Shown here one piece after another: positions 9,354 through 17,632 of a stretch of 64,000 bases of DNA. Position 1 is the stretch's first letter. Each line of letters starts with the position of its first letter. This DNA is from an uncultured Candidatus Saccharibacteria bacterium. Lineage in GTDB: Bacteria > Patescibacteriota > Minisyncoccia > Phycocordibacterales > UBA9973. The stretch is from NCBI GenBank assembly GCA_964423445.1, contig CAYREQ010000003.1, positions 821 to 64,820 on the forward strand. Reading direction: 5' to 3'. Made by a program: the position numbers and the translations under genes. The notes under the pieces are model-generated. The model was given only the letters and a program-made list of their open reading frames with translations. It made no database searches and had not been told where the DNA came from.

Positions 9354-10225
9354 TACAAAGGCTTTCTAAAAACTACAATAAAAGAACAATTCTGGTTGCT
9401 GTAAAAAACACTTGGGTAACCTAGAAGCACTAAACTTCTCTGGGCATTTTGATTCCATACAATCAAATCTTGATAAAGCCATCCTGCTTCTTTACCTACA
9501 TTTGCCAAATCAGAATGAAAATCAATATATGGAATCTTGTTTTTTGTGTCTCTATAATCTTTTACTACCCACACGCTATACCCACCCTTTTTTGTTATTA
9601 TTAAATTGTCTTCTAGAATTGATTTAATTTCCTTAAGAAAACTTCTGTAATCCAGATTGCCAAAATCCTCTAACTTTTTACTATACTGTTTAACGGTTGA
9701 GTTATTAGCATATTTAATAAGTGAAGTTTTGTGGGTATTTTTTCTATCCTTTAAAGATCTTTGAATAAAGTTAGCGTATGGAGGAGAAGTAAAAGTGAGC
9801 TGCACTGAATCTTTTTTTAAATATTTTTTCATATTACGACAATCATCATTGTAGATTTTATGAAAAATTTTATTTTTCAATTGACTAAAAAGATTTTTCT
9901 TTTCTTTATTTAAGACACTTTTAGCAATTTCATAAAATCTTTCATTTAATTCTATTCCTACTCCTGATCGCTTTTGCATACAAGCACTAGTAACCGTTGT
10001 TCCAACACCAACAAAAGGATCAAAAATTAAATCCCCTTCTTTTGAATACATTTTTATTACTCTGTCTGCAAGTGCAATTGGATAAGTTGCTCCATGTTCT
10101 CGGTGGTAAGACTCTCTTTGAGAGCTTACATCATCCCAAACATTCCTACTCAATAAAGTCCATTCTCTAGGACTTAAACCATTAAAAGATCGTTCTTGTT
10201 TTTTATTTATATCTTTTTTATTCAT
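9353..10225 (-). CDS. DNA methyltransferase (N4-cytosine/N6-adenine, SPPY motif)
   Basis: Has HGATYPIALADRVI...LIFDPFVGVGTT (motif I region) and FTSPPYANF (motif IV). Confidence 0.7.
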   Translation of the reverse strand: MNKKDINKKQERSFNGLSPREWTLLSRNVWDDVSSQRESYHREHGATYPIALADRVIKMYSKEGDLIFDPFVGVGTTVTSACMQKRSGVGIELNERFYEIAKSVLNKEKKNLFSQLKNKIFHKIYNDDCRNMKKYLKKDSVQLTFTSPPYANFIQRSLKDRKNTHKTSLIKYANNSTVKQYSKKLEDFGNLDYRSFLKEIKSILEDNLIITKKGGYSVWVVKDYRDTKNKIPYIDFHSDLANVGKEAGWLYQDLIVWNQNAQRSLVLLGYPSVFYSNQNCSFIVVFRKPL

Positions 10226-10315
10226 AATTTTATATAGAAAATATCAGGCTAAAAACTTCAAAAAGTATAGCATTTTAATGCCAATATTTAAAGCATTATA
10301 TTTATATGATTGTTC

Positions 10316-10531
10316 CTACACTAACTTTTTGAGTTCGGCTTCGTATTTTTTCATGACTAGCATGCCGGCGTCGGTCTGGCTCATGCCAGACTTTACCTTT
10401 TCTTGCACTTCTTCAGCAATCTTTTTGAAAAGCTCTGGATTTTTCTCCATCATAGCCACAAACATATCTATCTGTGCCTCCGGCACACCTTTGGCCTTCA
10501 GCATCTTTTTAAGTAAAAAATTTTGAAACAT
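10316..10531 (-). CDS. small helical hypothetical protein
   Basis: 71 aa, charged, predicted alpha-helical, with no known motif. Confidence 0.3.
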   Translation of the reverse strand: MFQNFLLKKMLKAKGVPEAQIDMFVAMMEKNPELFKKIAEEVQEKVKSGMSQTDAGMLVMKKYEAELKKLV

Positions 10532-10605
10532 AGTCCAATGATTATATCACCCCAAACAATTCTCCACAAATCCACCCCAAAGCTACTTTACTCAGCTAAA
10601 GTACT

Positions 10606-11163
10606 TTAGTTGAATAAAGTAGCTTTGTATTTTGAAAATAAAATCTTGCCCCAGACGAGTAGCAAGAGCACATAGTTTGTAATCATGAACCATTGATTGC
10701 TCCACTGGATACCATATGCAAATTTGTAATCAGATAAAGGGAAGAGAAATGGTGTCGGGAAAAATGCTATCACATGCGTCGGAATATCTATGAGTATGTG
10801 CAGAGCCCAACCAAAGAGCTCATAGCGAGGACGCTTGAAAATAACCCACACCACCAAAAACACAAAAGCCCATATCACGAGCGAGTGGCTGTAATTGTAT
10901 AGATTGAGCGCGAGATCAAAACCATTTTGATATTCTCCTTCCACCATCGCTGGCTTTCCAAAGAAAGAAGCTCCACCTGTGCCGGACAAAACATAATAGA
11001 AACGAAGTATAAAAGGAATAGTAAAAGCAAATAAATCTGGAAACACTCCCCAAAATCCTGTCCACATTGGATTAATGTGAAATTTATTATTTTCTTTTTC
11101 AGCTAAAGCATTTGCTCCCCTAGCGCCAGCATTTGCCCAAAGTGTATGTGCGAGTATATCCAT
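10606..11163 (-). CDS. membrane protein, possible DUF457-type membrane-bound metal-dependent hydrolase
   Basis: MDILAHTLWA N-terminus and multiple TM helices; assignment by resemblance only. Confidence 0.35.
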   Translation of the reverse strand: MDILAHTLWANAGARGANALAEKENNKFHINPMWTGFWGVFPDLFAFTIPFILRFYYVLSGTGGASFFGKPAMVEGEYQNGFDLALNLYNYSHSLVIWAFVFLVVWVIFKRPRYELFGWALHILIDIPTHVIAFFPTPFLFPLSDYKFAYGIQWSNQWFMITNYVLLLLVWGKILFSKYKATLFN

Positions 11164-11217
11164 TTATTTTTATATTATTATTTATAAATTTTTTTCGTAG
11201 ATTACATTATAACCTTT

Positions 11218-11601
11218 TTAGCGATACAAGTGTGCTGTACGCCTTAGCTCAGCTCGAATATTTTTATGGTCTGGCACGACCCTAGCCACCAAATTCCAGA
11301 AATTTACCGAATGATTAAATTCTTTCAAATGGCAGAGCTCGTGCACGATAATATAATCCGCAATATGTGGTGGTAAAAATAAAACTTTATAATTAAAATT
11401 CAAATTGCCACTCTTTGAACAGCTACCCCAGCGAGATTTTGTGTCTCGGATAGATACCCTGCCCACAGAAAAACCATAATATTTATTTAGCTCATGTATC
11501 TTTTGGTGTACCAAAGCTCGGGCATTTTCTTTTTCTCTTTTATAGTCCCACCTAGTATATTTTTTCCGGGTGAATAATTTTAAAATTGAATTCGCTCGCA
11601 T
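11218..11601 (-). CDS. DUF45/YgjP-like zinc metallopeptidase (HExxH), paralog B
   Basis: Has HELCHLKEFNH and is near-identical to the 4744..5130 product. Confidence 0.6.
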   Translation of the reverse strand: MRANSILKLFTRKKYTRWDYKREKENARALVHQKIHELNKYYGFSVGRVSIRDTKSRWGSCSKSGNLNFNYKVLFLPPHIADYIIVHELCHLKEFNHSVNFWNLVARVVPDHKNIRAELRRTAHLYR

Positions 11602-11638
11602 AGGAGAATCTTAACATACAAACAAATACAAGTGAGAA

Positions 11639-11671
11639 ACCGCCTGTGGGACGCGGAGTCCCACAGGCGGT
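11639..11671 (-). terminator. GC-rich intrinsic terminator hairpin
   Basis: ccgcctgtgggac-gcgga-gtcccacaggcgg is a 13-bp perfect stem, followed on the minus strand by GUUUCUCACUUGUAUUUGUUUG. It lies immediately after the stop of 11671..12048. Confidence 0.6.
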
Positions 11672-12048
11672 CATGATGATACTCGATAATTAGGGGTTAT
11701 CATTACGGTCCCCCTTTCATCTTCAAGGCCGGCGATTTGACGACAGATAAGCTTGTTCGTCTTCCAAAGATGAGCCCATTTTTCGGTAAACTTCTTATGA
11801 AGCTCCTGTTTATAGCTATCTTTGAAAATTGCCCAATGATTCTCATCTTTGGGGGTTAGTGTGTACCGGATGACTTCCATGTGTTTTTCGTCGAAGCTTT
11901 CTAGGTCGACAAGCTTTTTGTATCCGACGAAAAAACAATTGGTTTCTTGGAGTGCGGAAAGATATTCTTTTTCTACCCACTCCTGAAAAGGGGCACTATC
12001 ACCAGAAGCGACAGCAAACGTTAAGGCAAATATAAATGTACCGTTCAT
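11671..12048 (-). CDS. secreted hypothetical protein
   Basis: Has an N-terminal signal peptide (MNGTFIFALTFAVASG) and no known domain. Confidence 0.4.
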   Translation of the reverse strand: MNGTFIFALTFAVASGDSAPFQEWVEKEYLSALQETNCFFVGYKKLVDLESFDEKHMEVIRYTLTPKDENHWAIFKDSYKQELHKKFTEKWAHLWKTNKLICRQIAGLEDERGTVMITPNYRVSS

Positions 12049-12176
12049 AACATCTCCTCGTGACCTTGGTCACATATTTAAAAAAATAGGAACTAAAACT
12101 ATCTTCGTTATACCACATAAACACAAAAAAGCTACTTTAGTATACTAAAGTAGGTCTGTGAAAATATATATAAAAA

Positions 12177-12398
12177 TTAATCTTCTACCACCACCAACTT
12201 GCTCGGGTGGTGATGCCCGTTTACTATACGGACTTTTTTTACCGAGACTTTAAAATGCTCGGCTACTAGCTCTACTACCCTAGTATTTGCCCTATTCATC
12301 TCAGCTTTTTCTTTTACGGAAATTTCAAAATGATCCGTGGATTTTTCTTTCCAAATTTCTTTTTTCGCTCCTGCGGTGACTTTGACATGAATATACAT
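12177..12398 (-). CDS. DUF167 (YggU-like) protein
   Basis: HVKVTAGAKKEIW...ISVKEKAEMNRANTRVVELVAEHFKV pattern typical of DUF167/UPF0235. Confidence 0.5.
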   Translation of the reverse strand: MYIHVKVTAGAKKEIWKEKSTDHFEISVKEKAEMNRANTRVVELVAEHFKVSVKKVRIVNGHHHPSKLVVVED

Positions 12399-12400
12399 CT

Positions 12401-12889
12401 CTATTTTAGATAACTATCAAAATAAATAGCATGGCAAGTATAACCACCTGGATTTTTTTGTAAATAATCCTGATGATAATCCTCGGCTAAATAAAATTTT
12501 CCTAGTGGCTCGAGTGTAGTCACTACAGGATTAGGCCAGCGTCCAGATTTATTTACTATATCTATAAAATTTTCTGCCTCAGCCTTTTCTTCTTCATTTC
12601 CATAGAAAATAGCCGAGCGATAAGATGTGCCTATATCATTTCCCTGCCTATTTAGAGTAGTCGGATTGTGAATTTGAAAAAAGAAATCTAGCAACTTTTT
12701 ATAAGAAGTTTTTTCATCGTCATATTCTATCTCCACTGCTTCAGCGTGGCCTTCGTGATTTTGATAAGTCGGGTTTTCTACACTGCCCCCTGTATAGCCG
12801 ACTTTTGTATCTATTACACCTTCTTGTTTACGGATAAGCTCCTCCAAACCCCAAAAACATCCCCCAGCCAATACTATTTTTTTAGTCAT
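12401..12889 (-). CDS. msrA: peptide methionine sulfoxide reductase MsrA
   Basis: Has the GCFWG active-site motif and HQDYL near the C-terminus. Confidence 0.8.
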   Translation of the reverse strand: MTKKIVLAGGCFWGLEELIRKQEGVIDTKVGYTGGSVENPTYQNHEGHAEAVEIEYDDEKTSYKKLLDFFFQIHNPTTLNRQGNDIGTSYRSAIFYGNEEEKAEAENFIDIVNKSGRWPNPVVTTLEPLGKFYLAEDYHQDYLQKNPGGYTCHAIYFDSYLK

Positions 12890-12915
12890 ATAATGATTAT
12901 ATCTTAATTAATAAT

Positions 12916-13980
12916 TTACTTTTTTTCACATTCTTTTTTCAAAGCCTCCATATCAGCCGAAGTAAGAGTCATATTTTCACTTTGATTTAATTCATACATT
13001 ATAGCTTTTGGATCAGACACATGCTCCAAGCCTAGTGAATGCCCGAGCTCATGAGCCAGCACTCGTACCAATTTTGTCCTATCACTAAATTCATATATAT
13101 CTATCTCGCTTTTAAGCCCATCACTCACATATAATCCTTCTTCAAAAGTTTCTCCGCGGGAGACATTTACAGTATTGTATTTATCTACTGATAAATTTAG
13201 AGTATTGATGAGACGATTCAAGACTACGACGAGAGCATTTATCTCATCAGCTTTTTCATTTAAATTATTTTGTAAAACTTTTATTTGATTTGATTCTTTG
13301 TCCAAGGAGGATTGAGTAGCTACTAATTTTTCATATTCTCCTTCGGGTGCTCCTCCCCTCTTGTTCCAATAGTCTACATCTCGCTCGTAGGCACTTTGTT
13401 TTTGATTAAAAGATTCTACTTTTCTATTAAAACTTATCTTTTCTTGCTCATACTCAGACTCGAGAGAGTCTAATTTTATTTTGAGTGATTCATATGAAGC
13501 TCTGGTATTTTCTACGGCAATTCCTAGATTTGAAAGTTTTTTTGTGGCTTGCTGTCTGTAGTCATAGACTAGATTGATCTTCAAAGTATCGGTAGCGGTA
13601 TCAAATTCTTTATATTCAAATAATTCTTTGCCATATGGTTTTTCCCAGATTTTCTCAGCCTCAGCGAGAGCACTCAAAAAATATTCTTGTGAGATTCCAA
13701 ATTTGTTATCAAAATTACCAATATTGTATGGTATCGGCTCTACGCAAGGATTCAAGCTAGAGCTCAAATGTAAAAATTTTCTTATTTGATCTATTTGTGG
13801 CCGAAATTGTCTATTTAATTCAAAACGAAAATGAAAAGCTACAGCAAAAATACCCACTATCAATATTGTCTGCAAAAGCTTTTTCATATTTTCTATTATA
13901 CTAGATAAAATGAGAAAATCCGCCACCACGAATCTCCTCGTTGGTTGCGGATTGTATTTTTTATCATTGCTGGTGGGCAA
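12916..13980 (-). CDS. membrane-anchored zinc metalloprotease (matrixin/M10-like) with coiled-coil region
   Basis: Has HELGHSLGLEH (HExxHxxGxxH) with a downstream Met-turn (AIMY), plus an N-terminal TM helix and long heptad-like segments. Confidence 0.6.
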   Translation of the reverse strand: MPTSNDKKYNPQPTRRFVVADFLILSSIIENMKKLLQTILIVGIFAVAFHFRFELNRQFRPQIDQIRKFLHLSSSLNPCVEPIPYNIGNFDNKFGISQEYFLSALAEAEKIWEKPYGKELFEYKEFDTATDTLKINLVYDYRQQATKKLSNLGIAVENTRASYESLKIKLDSLESEYEQEKISFNRKVESFNQKQSAYERDVDYWNKRGGAPEGEYEKLVATQSSLDKESNQIKVLQNNLNEKADEINALVVVLNRLINTLNLSVDKYNTVNVSRGETFEEGLYVSDGLKSEIDIYEFSDRTKLVRVLAHELGHSLGLEHVSDPKAIMYELNQSENMTLTSADMEALKKECEKK

Positions 13981-13988
13981 TGATTGTT

Positions 13989-14177
13989 TTATTTTGATTT
14001 TTTTTCTTTTCCTACCTCCTTTTCAGCGTAGTAGATGATCTCAATGAGCGTCCCTTCCACGACGTGAGGTGGGTTGCTTATTTTGAAATCATCAGGTGCT
14101 ATGTCACCCTCATTTAGAAAAGCCACAAGAGCGTCATTGTTCGCGAATGACGCTGTAAACCATTTTTTCATGAACAT
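13989..14177 (-). CDS. small hypothetical protein
   Basis: 62 aa with no motif. Confidence 0.3.
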   Translation of the reverse strand: MFMKKWFTASFANNDALVAFLNEGDIAPDDFKISNPPHVVEGTLIEIIYYAEKEVGKEKKSK

Positions 14178-14244
14178 ATGTTCAAAATCCCTCCGTGTTG
14201 TTTATAACACAATTTTAGAAAAAATCAAGATATTATAGAAAATT

Positions 14245-15228
14245 TTATTTTTGAGTGAGAGTGTATCTATCCAAGATAGCTTCAAACATAAGTGGAGCTA
14301 CGATAGTGGCGTCGGACTCTATCACAAACATAGGGGTCTCTGCGGTGAGCTTGTCCCAAGTAATTTTTTCATTTGGTGTAGCTCCTGAGTATGAACCATA
14401 AGAAGTAGTGGAGTCTGAAATCTGGCAGAAATATCCCCAAGGGCGGACTTCTTTTTTCAAATCATATTTTATAGATGGCACTACGCAGATTGGAAAATCT
14501 CCTGAAATTCCTCCACCAATTTGGAAAAATCCGAGCCCTGGACCGTCTTTTGCGAGCTCTTGGTATGAATCATAAAGTGACATCATATATTCTACCCCTG
14601 TCTTCATGACTGTAGGGCTCACTTCCCCTGCCTTACAATAACCAGCGAAAATATTTCCTAGTGTAGAGTCTTCCCAACCTGGGACGACTATTGGTAAATT
14701 TTTCTTTGCAGCTTCGAGTAGCCAGCAGTGCTCTGGGTTTCCTTCGTATTTACCTTTTAATTCATCAGATAAAAGTATCTGGTAAAAATATTCGTGTGGA
14801 AAATAACGCTCACCTTTTTCTTGTGCTTCACGCCACTTTTTTAAAATGATTGGCTCTACTACACGAAAAGCTTCTTCTTCGGGTATAGATGTATCTGTGA
14901 CTCGTCTCTCACCGCGCTCGAGTATCGCCACATCATCTTCTTTTGTAAAATATCTGTAGTCTGGGTAATCTTTGTAGCTATTGTGCGCTACTAATCTAAA
15001 TACTGATTCCTCCAAGTTTGCACCGGTGCAAGAAATGGCATGAATCTTGTTTTCTTTTATCATGGCAGCCAACGTCACACCCATTTGTGCCGAACTCATA
15101 GCTCCACCCATGGCTAGCATCATCTTGCCTCCATCGTCTAGGTGTTTTTTAAAAGCGATAGTAGCATCCTTCATCGCTCGAGAATTAAAATTATGGAATA
15201 AAGTTTTAAATAAATCTAATATATTCAT
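14245..15228 (-). CDS. deoxyhypusine synthase family protein (DHS/homospermidine synthase-like)
   Basis: ISCTGANLEE and QIGGGISGDFP segments resemble the DHS VTTAGGVEED and GGG nucleotide-binding regions; about 327 aa. Confidence 0.5.
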   Translation of the reverse strand: MNILDLFKTLFHNFNSRAMKDATIAFKKHLDDGGKMMLAMGGAMSSAQMGVTLAAMIKENKIHAISCTGANLEESVFRLVAHNSYKDYPDYRYFTKEDDVAILERGERRVTDTSIPEEEAFRVVEPIILKKWREAQEKGERYFPHEYFYQILLSDELKGKYEGNPEHCWLLEAAKKNLPIVVPGWEDSTLGNIFAGYCKAGEVSPTVMKTGVEYMMSLYDSYQELAKDGPGLGFFQIGGGISGDFPICVVPSIKYDLKKEVRPWGYFCQISDSTTSYGSYSGATPNEKITWDKLTAETPMFVIESDATIVAPLMFEAILDRYTLTQK

Positions 15229-15500
15229 ATGTACAGTATATAATAAGTCCCCTAAAAATAGAAGCGGGCAATCGACAAATGTCGATTGCCCAGGGGTAGG
15301 ATTGGTATTGCGGTAGTTGGCAGAGGGGCTGTGTGCGAAGAGATATAAAATCTCCTCAAAAATGTTGGAATCCTAGAATGAACTAAGACCTATATTTATT
15401 ATATTCCTTTTAAAACATAGGCAATACCCTAAACTGTGCATAACTTTTATATATTAAGGCTATTTGCCTTTTAATGCTAAATATGCAATAATGGGTCTAT

Positions 15501-15743
15501 ATGAATCTAGTAGTGAACATTCTGCCATACGCGCAGATTATCCTTTCAGTAATATTGGTAACAGCTATAATGCTCCAGCAATCTGGTGCAGGTTTGGGTG
15601 GTGCTCTAGGAAGTGGCGATACTGGCAGTTTTCATCATACTCGCCGAGGTTTTGAAAAGTTTCTTTTTTACTTGTCTATAATTTGTGGAATTCTTTTTGC
15701 TCTATTTGCTTTTTTGTCTATCGTACTCAAAGCAAATATCTAA
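15501..15743 (+). CDS. secG: preprotein translocase subunit SecG
   Basis: Two TM helices flanking the Gly-rich loop LQQSGAGLGGALGSG, typical of SecG. Confidence 0.6.
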   Translation: MNLVVNILPYAQIILSVILVTAIMLQQSGAGLGGALGSGDTGSFHHTRRGFEKFLFYLSIICGILFALFAFLSIVLKANI

Positions 15744-15769
15744 AACTCTCCATAAAAAATTAATCTTCT

Positions 15770-17575
15770 ATGTCAAAGCTCTATAATCTTATACGTGGCT
15801 TAAAAATTATTCAAAAATTGCCTTCAAAAAAAGAAATAAATTCTGCTTTTTTTTCTTTTTCTAAAAAAGAGCGAGTGGTCTTTTCTGTGCTTTTTTTGAC
15901 CTTGATAGTGAGCACACTATTAATATTGAATACTATAAATAGGCATTTCATGGTGACTGTACCAATGTACGGTGGATCTATCTCTGAAGGTATCTTGGGT
16001 ACTCCCCGCTTTATAAATCCAGTATTAGCTATTTCTGATGCAGACCAAGATATGGTGGCACTCATATATTCTGGACTAATGCGAAAAGCTCCAGACGGAA
16101 GCTTGATACCTGATTTGGCAGAAAAATATGAAATTTCAAAAGATGGTCTTACTTATACTTTTACACTAAAAGAAAATATAACTTTTCATGACAATAAGCC
16201 TGTGACAGTAGATGACATAATCTTTACCATAGAGACAGCCAAGGACTCTATTCTGAAAAGCCCACAAAAGGCAAACTGGGACGGAGTCACTGTGACAAAA
16301 ATAGATGAAAAGACTATAGAATTTAAATTGAGACAACCCTTCTCATCATTTTTAGAAAATACGACAATAGGTATAATGCCAGCACATCTATGGAGAGACA
16401 CTCCAGTAGAACTAAATACTATAAACACAGAACCTATAGGCTCTGGGCCCTATATGGTAAATAGCGTCGGTAAGCAATCTTCTGGTTTGATAGATGGCTA
16501 TGAATTAAAAGCTTTTAAAAATTTTACACTAGGAAAACCGTACATTCAAAATTTGAGTTTACATTTTTATTCAAATGAAGATGCCCTCATTACTGCTGTA
16601 GAAAATAATGAAATAGACCAAGTAGGATCTATCACTCCATCTAATGCAGAGGTATTGAAAGAAAAAGGATATAGAATAGAATCAGCTGTCTTACCTAGGG
16701 TGTTTGGACTTTTCTTTAACCAAAATGAAAACCAGCTTTTTGTAAATAAGACAATAATCAATGCGATAAACCAAGCAATAGATAAAGACAGAATAATCAA
16801 TGAAGTCCTTGCAGGATATGGAGTAGCTATAGATGATCCTATACCACCAAATATGGTGCAGTATCAAAAATTAAATAGTAGCAATAATACTTCACGTGAA
16901 GAAACAATACAGAAAATACAAGCCAGTCTGACAAAAGATGGCTGGACAAAAAATGCCGAAGGATTTTTTGAGAAAACTTCACAAGAAAAAAAGACTACAA
17001 AAAATTCTAAAGGAAAGACTGTGACCACTGTCGGCAAAAAGACTACAAATGTTTTAGAATTTTCAATATCTACTGGTGATGCTCCGGAGCTAAACAAAGC
17101 AGCTCTTTTAATAAAACAGGACTTAGCAGAAATAGGCATAAAGGTTGATGTGCAAACTTTTGAAGTAAATAGTCTAAACAATGATGTAATACGTCCACGC
17201 AAATATGACGCTTTACTTTTTGGAGAAATTATAAACAAAGAATCTGATCTATATGCTTTCTGGCATTCTTCTCAGAGACGTGACCCAGGGTTAAACGTAG
17301 CTATGTATACAAATGCAACTGTAGACAAAGTACTGGAAGACGCTTTTGTGACCATAGATAGAGAAGCTAGAATCAAAAAATATGTTCAATTTGAAAATGA
17401 GATAAAGAAAGACATGCCTGCGGTTTTTCTTTACACTCCCAATTTTATATACTTAGTGTCACCAGATTTGATGGGATTGTCTATGGACCATATCACCTTC
17501 CCTTCTAATAGATTTTTAAATGTATATTCTTGGTATACAGAAAAATATAATGTTTGGAGAATATTTGCAAAATAA
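15770..17575 (+). CDS. ABC transporter substrate-binding protein, family 5 (peptide/nickel-type), membrane-anchored
   Basis: Length and overall conservation pattern of SBP_bac_5, with an N-terminal TM anchor. No cognate permease is adjacent. Confidence 0.6.
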   Translation: MSKLYNLIRGLKIIQKLPSKKEINSAFFSFSKKERVVFSVLFLTLIVSTLLILNTINRHFMVTVPMYGGSISEGILGTPRFINPVLAISDADQDMVALIYSGLMRKAPDGSLIPDLAEKYEISKDGLTYTFTLKENITFHDNKPVTVDDIIFTIETAKDSILKSPQKANWDGVTVTKIDEKTIEFKLRQPFSSFLENTTIGIMPAHLWRDTPVELNTINTEPIGSGPYMVNSVGKQSSGLIDGYELKAFKNFTLGKPYIQNLSLHFYSNEDALITAVENNEIDQVGSITPSNAEVLKEKGYRIESAVLPRVFGLFFNQNENQLFVNKTIINAINQAIDKDRIINEVLAGYGVAIDDPIPPNMVQYQKLNSSNNTSREETIQKIQASLTKDGWTKNAEGFFEKTSQEKKTTKNSKGKTVTTVGKKTTNVLEFSISTGDAPELNKAALLIKQDLAEIGIKVDVQTFEVNSLNNDVIRPRKYDALLFGEIINKESDLYAFWHSSQRRDPGLNVAMYTNATVDKVLEDAFVTIDREARIKKYVQFENEIKKDMPAVFLYTPNFIYLVSPDLMGLSMDHITFPSNRFLNVYSWYTEKYNVWRIFAK

Positions 17576-17632
17576 TAAATTTTACTAAACACATAGTCTT
17601 TGACTAAAATTAAAAATAACGAAAAATAAATT

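Noticed and set aside
10540-10630. tRNA or other structured RNA at the nested palindrome near 10580-10627
   Set aside because: There is no cloverleaf and no conserved T-loop or D-loop sequences. It is better explained as an operator- or terminator-like dyad overlapping the stop codon of 10606..11163.
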